DNA of 64,000 nucleotides, taken from the NCBI GenBank assembly GCA_025594325.1, contig JANHCV010000015.1, forward strand, positions 124,001 to 188,000, given 5' to 3'. The DNA comes from Blastocladiella emersonii ATCC 22665 (Eukaryota > Fungi > Blastocladiomycota). The notes below the pieces were generated by a model. It was given only the letters and a program-made list of their open reading frames with translations. It did not search any database and was not told where the DNA came from. The translations under genes were made by a program, and so were the position numbers. Below are positions 1-11,910 of this stretch, one piece after another; within the stretch, counting starts at the first letter, position 1, and every line of letters starts with the position of its first letter.

Positions 1-870
1 GTGGGCCGCGCGGCGGCGTCGGTGTTGCCAAGCATGTCGTTGGTGCGTGTGGTTGTGGTGAGGAGGGGGCGGCGGGCGGGGGAGAGAGCGGGGGCGGGCG
101 GCGGCGCTCGCCCTTTGTTTGGCGGCCGGGTGGCTTGCCCGCCGCCGGGCCGCGGTGATCGCCGAAGGGCGGAGGCCACAAAACGTGACGCGCCTGTCAC
201 TTCAAGCACGCCCGCTCCCTGTGATTTTCGGGACTTCGCGTCGGCGCGAGTGCGCGCCCGCACTGCTGCTACAAGCCCGGCCCGGCCGCTCCTATCTGTG
301 TCGGTCCGCTCGAGCTCACCTCGCCCTGCGCTACCCGCCGCCTCCGCTCCATCCTGTTCCATCCGTGCGCCCAGCGCTGCTCCCAACTGCCCACCGTCGC
401 CGCGGCGAGCGAGCGCGGGTCGCGAAAAGCCGCGCCCCGACTGCGCGCCGTCTCGGCCAGCGCTGCGCCGCTCGTAGATCGTGCAAGCCGCCGGGCTCAC
501 ATGCTGAGCGCGAGCAGCTCGGGGCAGCGAGCGTCGATCGTGAGCGATCAAACGCCGTTCAGGGCGAGGTCGGCGGCGCCCGCCAGGGCCATGGCGACGT
601 TGCATGCGGTGCCGCCGCGAACAGCGTGCTCAAGGCCGTGCCGCACGCCGCACGGGGCGCCCGCGTTGGCCAGGGCGGCGGTCTCGCGCGGGGCTGCGCG
701 CCGGGCTGCGCGGCTGAGCGGGTCGCGAAGGACTGCTCGCGCGCGGGTAGGACGCAGGGCAGGGCCAGTGTTGGCGCCTGGCTCGACGCCGCCGCCGTCC
801 TGCTCAGTGCGACACGATGAGGCGAGGCGTGACGGGTCGGAGCCTCTCGGGAGCGCGCTCAGTCAAAGCT

Positions 871-2217
871 TCAAGTTGTTGCAGTGGTTACATGACGATA
901 AATTCGCGTTAGAGCGCTGTGTGTGATGCGGAGGGATCGGGGAGCGGGGGTTCGAGGGGCAGGGTGGTGGGGAGGTGGTCTGCAGCCGGCGGCCCTTGGC
1001 TGTGAAGCGGCGGGGAAGCTCTCAAAGGAGCGCGGCGGCCTGCAAAGCGGCGGGGGTGCCTGCAAAGCGGCGGGGGTGCCTGCAAAGCTGTGGGGAGCTG
1101 CCTGCAAAACGGGGTGAGCGCCTGCAAGCCTGAAACGAATTTCGTGATGTCCCTCGAAATGGGAGCGATCGTATCGCTCGAACAAATGAATGAAGGCGCC
1201 GGGATCGGAAATGTTCGGATTTAGGAAGCCGCAGATGAAGGCGCGTGTCGAATCTGTCTCGTCCACCCAAAATGTCTGAGGCGCCCATCCGCGATCCGCA
1301 ATCCAGTCGAGCAGGCGGCAGACGGAATTGAGCGTATCATTGCGGACACCTTCAAGAAAAGTCTTACACACGGGCGGTGTCGCAAGCACAGCAATGATCG
1401 ATTCCGGGTTTGGATGATGCTTGAAGACAATTTGGAGCGTGTCAAGACTCAAGTGCATCGCGGCAGAGATCGCGACGATGGTCAAAAAGTCGACGTGCGT
1501 GATTTCGCCGGTATCCTTGGCGTGCCTGGCCAGTCCATGCCAAAGGTTCTGGCGTAACTCTCCAAACGAAGGCGTCCAACCCGGGACCCAGAGCAGGAGG
1601 CTTCGTGAAGTAAACTGAGCGTTGGAAACAAGTCCAGGAAGGGAGCGGACAAGCTCCTTGAGCGCAAGCTCAAGGTGCGCTGCATTTCGAGTTACTTCGA
1701 AGTAGAGCGCAAGGGCAATTGCGTCAAGGATGGATTTGGTCGCGCCTTGGATGCTGCTCGCCTCATAATGCCCGAACTTGTCCTGCTCGGGCTCGTCATG
1801 CATGGACTGGATGAATTCGACGAATGCGCGCTGCTGATCCGTCGAGACACGAGAGAGTGTTTGCATAAGAGAGCGAAAAAGGTTCAAGTTGAGCGGAGGA
1901 TGAGGAAGCTCGCCAAAGTCATCATTGAGGGCTATCGCTGCGCTCGCCACGCGCGCAATTGCAGTAATCCAACCGGGATCAGGGTGTTGCTCATAGCGCT
2001 CTCGCGAGACCGACCCAAGGAGCAGCCGCGACAGCGCTTCGCCAACACAGTTGAACCACGAGAGCTGCAGGTGCCGAGAGCCGAGTACGGCATTTGTGAG
2101 GGCACGGCTCGCGCCGGCAACCCGTGCAGCGGGTGTGCTGAGTGCAACGACAACCTCGAGAAGCTCGTCTGGAAGCGATTCCAAGGTGTTCATTCGATTC
2201 ATTGCGTCGTGTTGCAT
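871..2217 (-). pseudogene. F-box-like orphan protein, copy 1, apparently truncated or frameshifted at a minisatellite
   Basis: N-terminal LESLPDELLEVVV resembles an F-box start. It is colinear with 3373-5441 (e.g. ISAAMHLSLDTLQIVFKHHPNPESII vs ISAAMHMSLDTLQIVFNHHPRPESII). Similarity is lost after YDRSHFEG, where a ~20-bp repeat begins. Codon bias is weak compared with the housekeeping genes. Confidence 0.55.
1039..1130. repeat. ~20-bp minisatellite (CCTGCAAAGCGGCGGGGGTG), 2 perfect plus about 3 degenerate units
   Basis: Read directly: cctgcaaagcggcgggggtg twice, then cctgcaaagctgtggggagctg, cctgcaaaacggggtgagcg, cctgcaagcc. Confidence 0.85.
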
Positions 2218-2847
2218 CGTGGGAGAGAGAGGACGTCGCGCGACGCGCCGCGGCCGATTTGACCGTTCGTCGTTCGCCGAGCGGCTGCCTCGCACATCCA
2301 CTACTCACGAAGCCCTTGAAAAAAAGCTTCAGGACTATATGCAACGCCTTTCTTGCATCATTTTGTAGTCTATTCGAGACTTTTGAGTACGCCGTCACGA
2401 TGGCACGCCGTGCTGGTGGGCTCTCCGCGAGCCAGCAACGTCTGCCCGCCGCGTCCTGGCGATCTTCGCACCCGTCACCTTCGTGTAACATGCAAATTTG
2501 TTGAGATGTCGCGCGGCACACACGAGGATGAGCTTGCGTTCAGCGGTTGGGCTCAGTCCGGATCGACACGAGAGCGAACCTGAAGCCGCCTCTTGCGCGT
2601 GCAACGACGACACGTGCTGACGTTGAGCGAACGGAAGCGTCTGAAAGGCATGGTTTTGCTGAAAACACAGCTGCTTGAGCCGTTCGATACGCTTGGCCGC
2701 GGGATGCATTTCGCCTCGACCGCTGGCCCGCGAACGCAAGCCAGGCCTTCCTCCACAAGCTCTCAGATCTGTCGTGTACGCTATCGACCGTCTCCCCGCC
2801 TACTTTGCGCTATGATTCAGGATTTTATTTTAACCACGGCAGCGATC

Positions 2848-3321
2848 CTAAGGCCAGCTTGAACGTGTTTCTCTCCTACGCCGCCTTGTATCCGGGCAGC
2901 CAACGCTGCTGGATTCGCGGCCATGGCGACTCGCTCTCCACGCGACTTCGCTGAGCTGCGGCCGACGCCGCCCAACCTCCTTTGCGATTGACGTAGCGAT
3001 ACGCGTACAACTCGTTTCCATGCTCACGAGCTCGAGCTGGGGCCATGTCCTGGCCAAGGCCACGATGTCCGTCAATCTGCGATCGACGTGCTGTGGCTGG
3101 TCCAGGTTTGTCCAGGCGGGCGTGGTGCGGGTGAGCATCGCGTCGCCGTTCCCGCCTTGCTTCGCGACGTGCAGTAGGAGATCCACGTTCAAGAGCTGGC
3201 GGCGTAGCAGTCGGTCCTCGTGCTCGCGGTCAAACCGTTGCGGTGTCGTGCTCGCGAATAAGGGAACGATGGGCGACGCAAGTCTACGAAAAATTGTACG
3301 AAATACACATATATAAATCAA
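2848..3321 (-). CDS. Possible small orphan ORF or downstream exon of the F-box-like locus
   Basis: 157-aa ORF with protein-like composition directly downstream of 3373-5441. No recognisable motif. Confidence 0.25.
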   Translation of the reverse strand: MIYICVFRTIFRRLASPIVPLFASTTPQRFDREHEDRLLRRQLLNVDLLLHVAKQGGNGDAMLTRTTPAWTNLDQPQHVDRRLTDIVALARTWPQLELVSMETSCTRIATSIAKEVGRRRPQLSEVAWRASRHGRESSSVGCPDTRRRRRETRSSWP

Positions 3322-3372
3322 AACTAGCCCGTTCAGCGGATCCGAACACCCTGAGGCCCATGTTCAGCGAGC

Positions 3373-5441
3373 TTACATGAAGCGCGTAGCTTTTATCAGC
3401 TCCAGCGATTTGGCCTCGTATTCGGCAAGAGTCCCGTCAGGAAACAGTTGCTTTATCCCCAGAAGTCGTGGAACAGAACCACTAAACGCTTGAAGAGCGA
3501 GTTCCGCAAAGCCCGAGGGGTCGCGGGCTGCTGCGGCGCGAAGCATGCCTGGCGCCAGAGCGCGTTGACTTGGAGGGGTGTAGTCGAACCCATTGGTTAC
3601 GATCACCATGAGATCAAGATTGCTTATAACATAACGGCTCCAGCCTGAAAAGGTGCTCCCGCTCTGGGCAATAGCTTCTGGCGGACAAAGCGCAAGGAAC
3701 TCGGTCCAAGCGGGAAGGAGGCGGGATCGAGCCGGCTCGGAGTGCATGTCTGGTGAATGAGAGCTCCAAAAGCATTTCTCCATGGCAAGTGACAAAAACC
3801 CGGCGTAAACGGCCGAGTACCGTGCGCGAACCGCAGTGTCAGGCGGGATCAGCTTCGCAAGGTGAGATTTGGCGTCCGATTGAAACATGAGTGGGATCAG
3901 ACACGCTGCGAGCGTTTGGATAAACAGGTATACACGCTCCCCAGCGCCTTTGAGTATGAGGTCAAGCAGGTGGCCTGCGATGGAGAGCCTGGTCTCCGCG
4001 GATCCCAGCCCCAGCAAGTCAAGGTCAAGTGCAAATCGACAGCCCGCAAGGACATCAATGTTTTTGTTGACAAGAGTGGCAACCGTTGTCGAGCCACAAC
4101 ACTCAATGGCGTGTGCAAAGACTCGTTCGTACACGTGCGGAAAGCGTACGCGCAGGTGCTTGACTTCACGCAGCATCGTATCAAAGAGCTGCCAAAGCCC
4201 CGCGCCCTCCATGCGTTGGAGCATTTCGCTCAGGTCGGAATGTAGGATGTCCGATAGGAAAGCCTCACGCACAAGTAAACTCCAGTACTGGAACTCTGCG
4301 ACCCACGGCCACGCGCGCGCAGCGGTGAGGGCAGGCACGACATGACCCGCCTTCGCCCACCGACGCAAGGCCTTGCAGAAAAGCGGCCGATAGCCATGCG
4401 TGGGCATGCGGCTGAAGCGATGAGAATCATATTTTTCGAAGAGGTGAATGAATGAATCCAGGCTGGAACGGCTTGGACAAAGATAGCTGCAGATGAGTAC
4501 GTTCGTTGGGATAATCTCGCCGAGGTCGTTTTCAATAGGCATCCAGCCGCGGGCCAAGAGCCAGTCAAGCAGGCAGCAAACAACCTCAAACGGATGATCG
4601 TTCATTTTTGCTCAAGAATCGACATGCACACTTGGGGCATCGAGAGAACACGAATGATTGACTCGGGCCGCGGGTGGTGATTGAAAACAATTTGGAGCGT
4701 GTCAAGGCTCATGTGCATGGCGGCTGAGATGGCAAGAAGTGCTAGATAGTCCACATGGATGACCTCGCCCGTTGCCGTGGTATGGCGCAACAATCCGATG
4801 ACGAAGCCCCGGAAGGAATCGTGAGAGCAGGTCATATTGGCCGAAATCCATGGTAGGACAATGTGTAACGGGAACTGCGCTTCAAGGGTAAGCATGGGGA
4901 GCGAGCGAACAAGTGTCGCAAGGGCATACTCGAACGTGGCAACATTTTTGGTTGATTCAAAGTAGATTGTAAGTATCAAAGCATCGATCATGAGATGGCA
5001 TCCGCTCTTGGGCAGGCTCAGCTTATTAACCCTGGTTTGGAGGAGTTCGACAACCGCGCGTTGCCGGGCGATCGAGTTGCGTGAGATTGACCGCATGAGA
5101 GCACGAAAAAAATTTAAGTGGAGCGGAGGGCGCGGAAGTCCGGCGAGATCGTCCTTGAGAGAGATAACTGCACCTGCACAATGGGCGACCGCGCTCGGCC
5201 AAGGGGAAAACTGTAAATAATGTGCAGAATCCAATTTTTTCGGAGGTAAAGCCAAAAGCAAGGATGTTGACAGCTGCGTGCCGACCCGGCCAAACCAGAC
5301 AAGGGCGAGAAGGTGGCAGTTGGCTGCTGCGTGCGCGAGAGTGCGGGAGGCGGTCACCAACCGCGACGATGGCGTGCCGAGCAGCAAAACGTGCTCGAGG
5401 AGTTCGGCGGGAAGCGAAATAAAATCAAGCGGTGGATCCAT
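3373..5441 (-). pseudogene. F-box-like orphan protein, copy 2 (~690 aa if repaired), with a 1-nt frameshift in an A5 run near 4605-4609
   Basis: ORFs 4602-5441 (FISLPAELLEHVLL) and 3373-4605 join as ...ILEQK-MNDHPFEVVCCLLDW if one A is added. That matches copy 1 FLEGVRNDTLNSVCRLLDW. The frameshift could be a homopolymer sequencing error. Confidence 0.6.
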
Positions 5442-6706
5442 GATACGTTTTCATTAGATTCATGAGTGCCGGCGCGTTTTGCGTTGCGGAAGAGAGAGCG
5501 CCTTGCGACGCGCCGCAGCCATTTCGACCCGACTGGCCGCTGTACCCGTCGCTCGCCATCTTCTACGATCGAACTCGATGAACATGACTGCAGTAGACTA
5601 CATGCAACGGACCTCTTGCACCTTATCAGTATCACATTCGATATCTTTGAGCTCTTCGTCGTGGTCGCCAAGTCGTGGAGTGCGCCGACGGCCTCCCGGC
5701 GGGCGATCTTCGACCTCGTCGTCGCGTCCGGCGCCGCATGTCCGTCACGTACTTTTCAGCTAGGGCGAGTCTCCGCCCTCCTCAATTAGCTGAGTTTGAG
5801 CGCGTCGAGCTGTGCATGTACGCGCGAGCCGTCCCATAAGACACGCTGCGCGAGAGGAAGCGGTCGCTTGGCCTGCACGCCCGTCGACTCGCAGACCAAT
5901 CAAGCGGCGTGACGTCCCCTCGCACGTTGGTAGTATGAAGCGCAGTCCAGGCGACCGCTGCGAGACGTCGATATACTGGGCCGCAGCGTTGGCAAAGCTC
6001 ACTGGCGCAGATCTTCCTGGTGTTGGGTTGCGGTTTCTGACCCCGCTCCGTGAATTTGTTTCGTCCATTTGCTTTGCCAAAGTAGTCGGTGTAGAGCAGC
6101 TCGCTTCGAGTCCTACGCTTTCTGTGTCTGCTAGTTGCTGAGCCTGGTCCACCTGGGTTGCGAGTGCAACTCGATAACCGCAGAGACGCTTCACTCTCAC
6201 TTGTCCTGACGGGCAGGATCCCGTTCGACACCTCTCTCACGGTATCGCGCGCCCTCCCTCGCCACAAGCCAGATCTTGTCACGCCCGCGGTACTCGCGTG
6301 AACCTGCGGCCGCCGTCAGCGAGTTGTCCGCTATCGCTCCTCTTGCTCGCGTATTCGATCCGTGTCCGCGCAGCACTTTGCCTGCCTCGCCGTGCATGCG
6401 CATCGACCGCTTCTGGGACGCCGCGTTGACATCCTATACTCGATCTGCTGGAGCAGCTTGGCCTCGTGCCCGCCTCGAGGCTGAGCCGTTGCTGGTGAGC
6501 AAGCGTTCCTGGCTGTTGAACGAAAGAACAACGCCAGCGGCCGCGGCGGGCCTCGGTCATCTGCATGCAGCGGCGACCGTACTTCATTGCTGAGGTCGCG
6601 TTTGAACGGAAAACACTCTCGGGGACGAGGACGAGGACGATGAAGACACACAAATGGATACTCTTTTGATAATAAAACTCTGTGCGCTACCAGCAAACAC
6701 ACACAC

Positions 6707-6763
6707 CTACTGCTTCTTCTCGGACAGAGCCGCGACGCCGGGGAGGTCCTTGCCCTCGAGGAG

Positions 6764-6796
<33 letters not shown>

Positions 6797-8046
6797 CGAG
6801 ATACCGGCCTCGGCCTTGTACTTGGCCGCGACGGTCGCGGTATCGCCGCCGCCGACGATCGAGGTCGCGGCGTGGTCCTTGGTGACGGCGAGGACGGCGT
6901 CGAGGACGGCCTTGGTGCAGGCGGCGAAGGGCTCGAGCTCAAAGACGCCCGAGGGCCCGTTCCAGAGGATGGTGCGGGCGTCGGCGATGGTGGCGGCAAA
7001 GGCCTTGGCCGAGGCCGGGCCGCAGTCGAGACCCATCCAGCCGTCGGGGATGCCGTCGGCGTCGGACACGACCTTGGTGTTGGCGTCGGCGGCGAACTTG
7101 TCGGCGATCACGTAGTCGGTCGGGAAGACGAGCTTGACGCCGTGCTTCTCGGCCTTGGCGACGAGGTCGTGGACGATCTTGGATCCGGGCTCGTCAAAGA
7201 GCGAGTTGCCGATGGCCATGTTCTGCATCACCTTCTTGAAGGTGAAGACCATGCCGCCGCCGATGATCATGGCGTCGACCTTGTCGAGCAGGTTGTCGAT
7301 GAGCTGGATCTTGTCCGAGACCTTGGCGCCGCCGAGGATGGCGAGGAAGGGGCGGCGGGGCGACTCGAGGGCCTGGGCAAAGAAGTCGAGCTCGCGCTTC
7401 ATGAGGAGGCCCGCGGCGCGGACGGGGAGGTCGATGCCGACCATGGACGAGTGGGCGCGGTGGGCGGTCCCGAACGCGTCGTTGATGTACACGTCGCCGA
7501 GCTTGGTGAGCGAGGCGCGGAACGCCGCCACCTTGTCCTTGTCGGCCTTGATCTTGTTGCCCTGCTCGTCCTTGGTCGAGCCCTCCTCCTCGAGGTGGAA
7601 CCGCAGGTTCTCGAGCAGCACCACGGCGCCGTCCTTGGCGGCGGCGCACGCCTCCTCGACGGCGGGACCGACGCAGTCGTCGAGGAAGGTCACGGGCCGC
7701 TTGAGCAGCGACTCGAGCTCGGTCGCCACGGGGCGCAGCGAGTCCTTGGCGACCACCTTGCCGTCGGGGCGGCCGAGGTGCGACATGAGGATCACGGCCT
7801 TGGCGCCGGCATCGAGCGCGTGCTGGATCGTCGGGATCGCGGCCACGATGCGCTGGTTGTTGGAGATGGTGGTGGTGCCCTTGGCGAAGGGGACGTTGAA
7901 GTCGACGCTACGAGGATGATGCGTCGCGCGTTAGGTTCGACGCGGCGCAGGGATGCGGACGCGCCGGCGGCGTACCGGATCAGGACGCGCTTGCCCTTGA
8001 GGTCGACGGCGGTGATGTCGAGCTTGTTGGAGATCTGGACGGGCAT
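6707..8046 (-). CDS. PGK1: Phosphoglycerate kinase (exons 8046-7976 and 7907-6707; ~423 aa)
   Basis: Motifs [54 protein letters not shown]. 68-nt intron gtacgc..cctaac..tag. Confidence 0.98.
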
Positions 8047-8846
8047 GGTGGCGTGGTTGTTGATGCGTAGCAGTGCGTGGGAGCAGCGACTGGGGGCGGG
8101 AGAGCGAGGGAGGTCGAGGAGGCGGCGCGCGTCTAAATAGGCCGAACGCGTTGGCGGCCAGGTTGGTGGCGGCGACCAAGGTTGCCAGCGGTGCCACGCG
8201 TGCCGCGGCTCGAAGAAGCCGACCCCGCCCGACCGCGGAAGGCGCCGGAGGAGCGCAGCTGCCGTGTGCACGTGCGCGCACGCAGGCTATTTCGATACCC
8301 GCTTCCGGATAGCGTATCCCGATAAGATACTGCCCGCACGTAATGCACGCCGCGCACGATTTAGCGTTTCATCACCGCGGCAGCAGCGCTGCAGGCAGGG
8401 CGAAAGCGAGTGCATGGTGGCGCATGGCGGGCATAAGCGCGATGATCTGCTCCACGTGGCGTCACGGCGGCGGGGTTGGGGAGACGGCTTATCGCGTTCA
8501 GTGGGTCCAGCAGTTGCACGCGTGCGGCCGCTGGCTGCTGGGATCGCGGCGGCCGCCCTCCCTCCTCTGCCCGCATCGTCTCTGCCCGTACCGAGCGAGT
8601 GTGCCACGTATCCGCCAAAGTACGGCCGCGCGCGCGCACCGACCACACCACACCACTGCCATGGATCCTGCTGCTGCTGCTGCCGTTGAGGCGGCCCGAC
8701 GATGAATGAAGATGGGGGTTCCTCCTTGAACCTTGCCGCCGCCGCCGCTGCAGCACCCGATCGCGCGTGGTAGTGCTGGTCGCCGTCACGCAGACCCCGA
8801 TCCTAACCCTCCTCCGACCCCCGCCCCGCCGTCCGTAGCCATCACC

Positions 8847-9929
8847 ATGCTCCGCACCGCCCTCTTTGCCCGCGTGGCTGCCATGTCGGCCGCCAAGCGC
8901 ACGCTGGCCACGGCGCCCGCTGCTGGTGCCGGCCACACCATGACGGTGCGCGACGCGCTCAACGCCGCCATGGAGGAGGAGATGCGCCGCGACGAGACCG
9001 TGTTCCTGCTCGGCGAGGAGGTGGCCCAGTACAACGGCGCCTACAAGGTGTCGCGCGGCCTGCTCGACAAGTTCGGTCCCAAGCGCGTCATCGACACGCC
9101 CATCACCGAGATGGGGTTCGCCGGCATCGCCGTCGGCGCCGCCCTGCACGGCCTCAAGCCCATCTGCGAGTTCATGACCTTCAACTTCTCGATGCAGGCC
9201 ATTGACCACGTCGTCAACTCGGCCGCCAAGGCCCACTACATGACGGGCGGCATCGCCAAGTGCCCCATCGTGTTCCGCGGGCCCAACGGCGCCGCGGCGG
9301 GCGTCGGCGCTCAGCACTCGCAGTGCTTTGCCGCCTGGTACGGCTCGGTGCCCGGCCTCAAGGTCGTGTCCCCCTGGAGCGCCGAGGACGCCAAGGGCCT
9401 GCTCAAGGCGGCGATCCGCGACCCGAACCCCGTGGTCGTGCTCGAGAACGAGATCATGTACGGCGCGTCGTTCCCCATGTCGGACGCGGCCATGAAGGAC
9501 GACTTCGTGCTGCCGATCGGCAAGGCCAAGATCGAGCGCGAGGGCACGGACGTGACGATCGTCGCGCACTCGCGGTGCGTCGGGCAGGCGCTCGACGCGG
9601 CGGCCGAGCTCGCGGCCAACCACGGCATCTCGGCCGAGGTCATCAACCTGCGGTCGATCCGCCCGCTCGACACGGCCACCATCATCGCCTCGGTCAAGAA
9701 GACCAACCGCATCGTGTCGGTCGAGGGCGGCTGGCCCCTGTTCGGCGTCGGGTCCGAGATCGCCGCCCAGATCATGGAGTCCGAGGCGTTTGACCACCTC
9801 GACGCCCCGCTCGCCCGCGTCACGGGCGCCGACATCCCCATGCCCTACGCCGTCCCGCTCGAGGCCGGCGCCCTCCCGACCATCTCGGTCATTGCCGAGA
9901 CCGCCCTCAAGGTGTGCTACCGCAAGTAA
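8847..9929 (+). CDS. PDB1: Pyruvate dehydrogenase E1 beta subunit, mitochondrial (360 aa)
   Basis: Motifs [55 protein letters not shown]. Arg/Ala-rich presequence. Strong GC3 bias. Confidence 0.97.
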   Translation: MLRTALFARVAAMSAAKRTLATAPAAGAGHTMTVRDALNAAMEEEMRRDETVFLLGEEVAQYNGAYKVSRGLLDKFGPKRVIDTPITEMGFAGIAVGAALHGLKPICEFMTFNFSMQAIDHVVNSAAKAHYMTGGIAKCPIVFRGPNGAAAGVGAQHSQCFAAWYGSVPGLKVVSPWSAEDAKGLLKAAIRDPNPVVVLENEIMYGASFPMSDAAMKDDFVLPIGKAKIEREGTDVTIVAHSRCVGQALDAAAELAANHGISAEVINLRSIRPLDTATIIASVKKTNRIVSVEGGWPLFGVGSEIAAQIMESEAFDHLDAPLARVTGADIPMPYAVPLEAGALPTISVIAETALKVCYRK

Positions 9930-10048
9930 GCACGCTGCCGCTTTGTGTCGTCGGCGGTGGCCAGCACATCCTGGCCGTTGCCCTTCCTCTCTCCTCATAT
10001 CAAAACAACAAACCTACGTCGGGACCGATTATATAAACGTGAATTAAC

Positions 10049-11717
10049 CTACCCCGTCAACTTCTCGGCCAGCTCCGCCGCGCGCTGCCACACACCCGCG
10101 ACATCGTACTCGGTCTCGCGCATCGCCACCACGCTCGCCACGCCGCCCAAACCGCGGGACGACTCGGTCCACCACCCGTCGGCCGTGTGCACCTGAACCG
10201 CCGCCACATCCTCCTCCTCGTCGTCAGCGGTCTCGGCCGCAGCGTGCATCCACGCCCATCCGCTCGCCGTCGCGACGCTCGCGCCCGTCGCCGCGTGCGT
10301 CACCGAGACACACCCGTCGCCGTCGTACCCGCGGTGCGCCTTCCCCGCCGCTGCAGCGGCGGCGGCGCGCTCGACTACGACCCCCGTCCCGCGCCGCCGT
10401 CCCGCTGCCGGCGCCGTCCACCACCCGTACGCCCCGCCACGGAGCTTCGGGACCACGTCCCGCTTCGCCCGTGTCGGCGTCGCGCGGGGGACGGGCAGCC
10501 ACGCCGCGAGGTCTTCTGCATCCCCCAAACACGCCGCGGCGGCCGCGGCGGAAGACTCGGCCGCACACGCCGCGAGACGCGGACACAGCGCCGTGTCAGG
10601 CACCCCTCCACCGCTGCCGGCGTCGCCGCCGCTCGGCAAGGTGAGGACCGCGAGTAGCGTCCACCCTGCCGGCGCGGCGTGCGCGACGACGCGCGTGGGC
10701 GTATCTGCGCCGTGCAGGTCGAGCGCGAAGCACAGGGTGCCCGGGACCACGCCGTCGCCGGCGCACGGGCGCGCGCGGAGGAGGGCGGGCGACGGCGAGT
10801 GTCGCAGGAGGTGCCACGCGTGGACCGCGCGGGCGGTCGTGCCCGGGTCGGCGTGCGTCGCGGCGACGTGGTGCGTTGGCGAGAGTAGGATTAGCGAGGT
10901 CAGGGAGGATGGGTACGGGTTGTGCTACGGCAAGCGGGAGCGGGGTGAGATGGCGGCGTGGCGAAGTGAGCAGCGAGCGGGCATACCGAGAGCGCCGAGA
11001 AGGGGAGACACGACGCGGACTCGGCGCGGGCGAGGATCAGCGATACGCGCGGGTCGGGCGTCGCGGACGCGAGGAGCGACGGGCGGAGGAGCGGGCACGT
11101 TGGTGGGTCGTCTACGTCGGCGCGCGGTCAGCGGGGACACAGCCACGACGTGCCGGGCGGAGAGCGTACCGTTGACGAGCACCTTCATGACCGCCGCGAC
11201 GGGCTTGTCGACGGCCGCCGTTGTCGCGCGGTCGCCGCTCGCGAGGGCGACCCACACTACACCCGACGCGCGTGTCAGTCGCCTCGCCCTCAACTACCCG
11301 CCAGCGGCGCGGCGTACCCTGCGGCCCAAAGATCGCCACAACCGCGTCCGCGACCGCCTGTACCGCGTGCCTAGCGATCCTGACGCTGCACTGCGCGGCC
11401 GCGCCACCCCCACTCGTCAGTGCAAGCGAGAGCCACCGGCGGGTCCCGTCGCTGCCCTCGGCGACACACACGGCGGCGGCGCACCGGGTCGCGTCTGTGT
11501 CGCTCGCAGCGGTTGAGGCGAGGCCCGCGGCGGCAGCGGATGCGACGGCGGCGCGCGCGAGAGTGCCCGGGTCGGGGGACGTGGAAACGGGGGAGGCGGG
11601 CCACTGCACGAGTAGCACGGGCGGCGCGGGGCGGTCCTCGGCCGCGATCGAGTCGAGCGGCAGCGGGGACGACGGCGCGGTCGTGAGCCAGAGCGCTAGG
11701 TGCAGGTGGAGTTTCAT
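10049..11717 (-). CDS. Four-exon Ala-rich protein, possibly a divergent CCZ1/HPS4/INTU-type longin protein
   Basis: Three gtacgc/gtatgc..tag introns join the frames into one ORF starting MKLHLHLALWL. The C-terminus DEEEDVAAVQVHTADGWW..VASVVAMRETEYDVAGVWQRAAELAEKL resembles the CCZ1 C-terminal pattern as recalled from memory. Confidence 0.55.
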
Positions 11718-11910
11718 TGCATCAAGCGAGGTTGGAGAGCGGGGACCGGCGGCGACGCGTCGCGTTTCACCACCCCTCGCTTCTTCGGTCGACACGGAGA
11801 CACGCACGAGTGGTTGCGAGGCGACACGTTTTGATATATGCAAGAGGTATGTACAAGTGGAGGGTGGGATTGAATGATACACGACAATGTCGACAACAGC
11901 GCGCACACGA

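Noticed and set aside
1-870. GC-rich ORFs at the window start
   Set aside because: Arg/Ala/Pro-rich, no codon bias or motif; probably intergenic or promoter DNA.
5460-6600. Possible plus-strand gene relic between the F-box-like pair and PGK
   Set aside because: Some protein-like stretches and splice-like words, but I could not build a consistent exon chain or find a motif.
6794-9998. Antisense ORFs over PGK and PDB1 (6794-8140 +, 8361-9998 -), and similar ones over ARI1, RPN3, the Q-rich genes and the CBM-like gene
   Set aside because: Expected stop-codon scarcity opposite GC3-biased genes.
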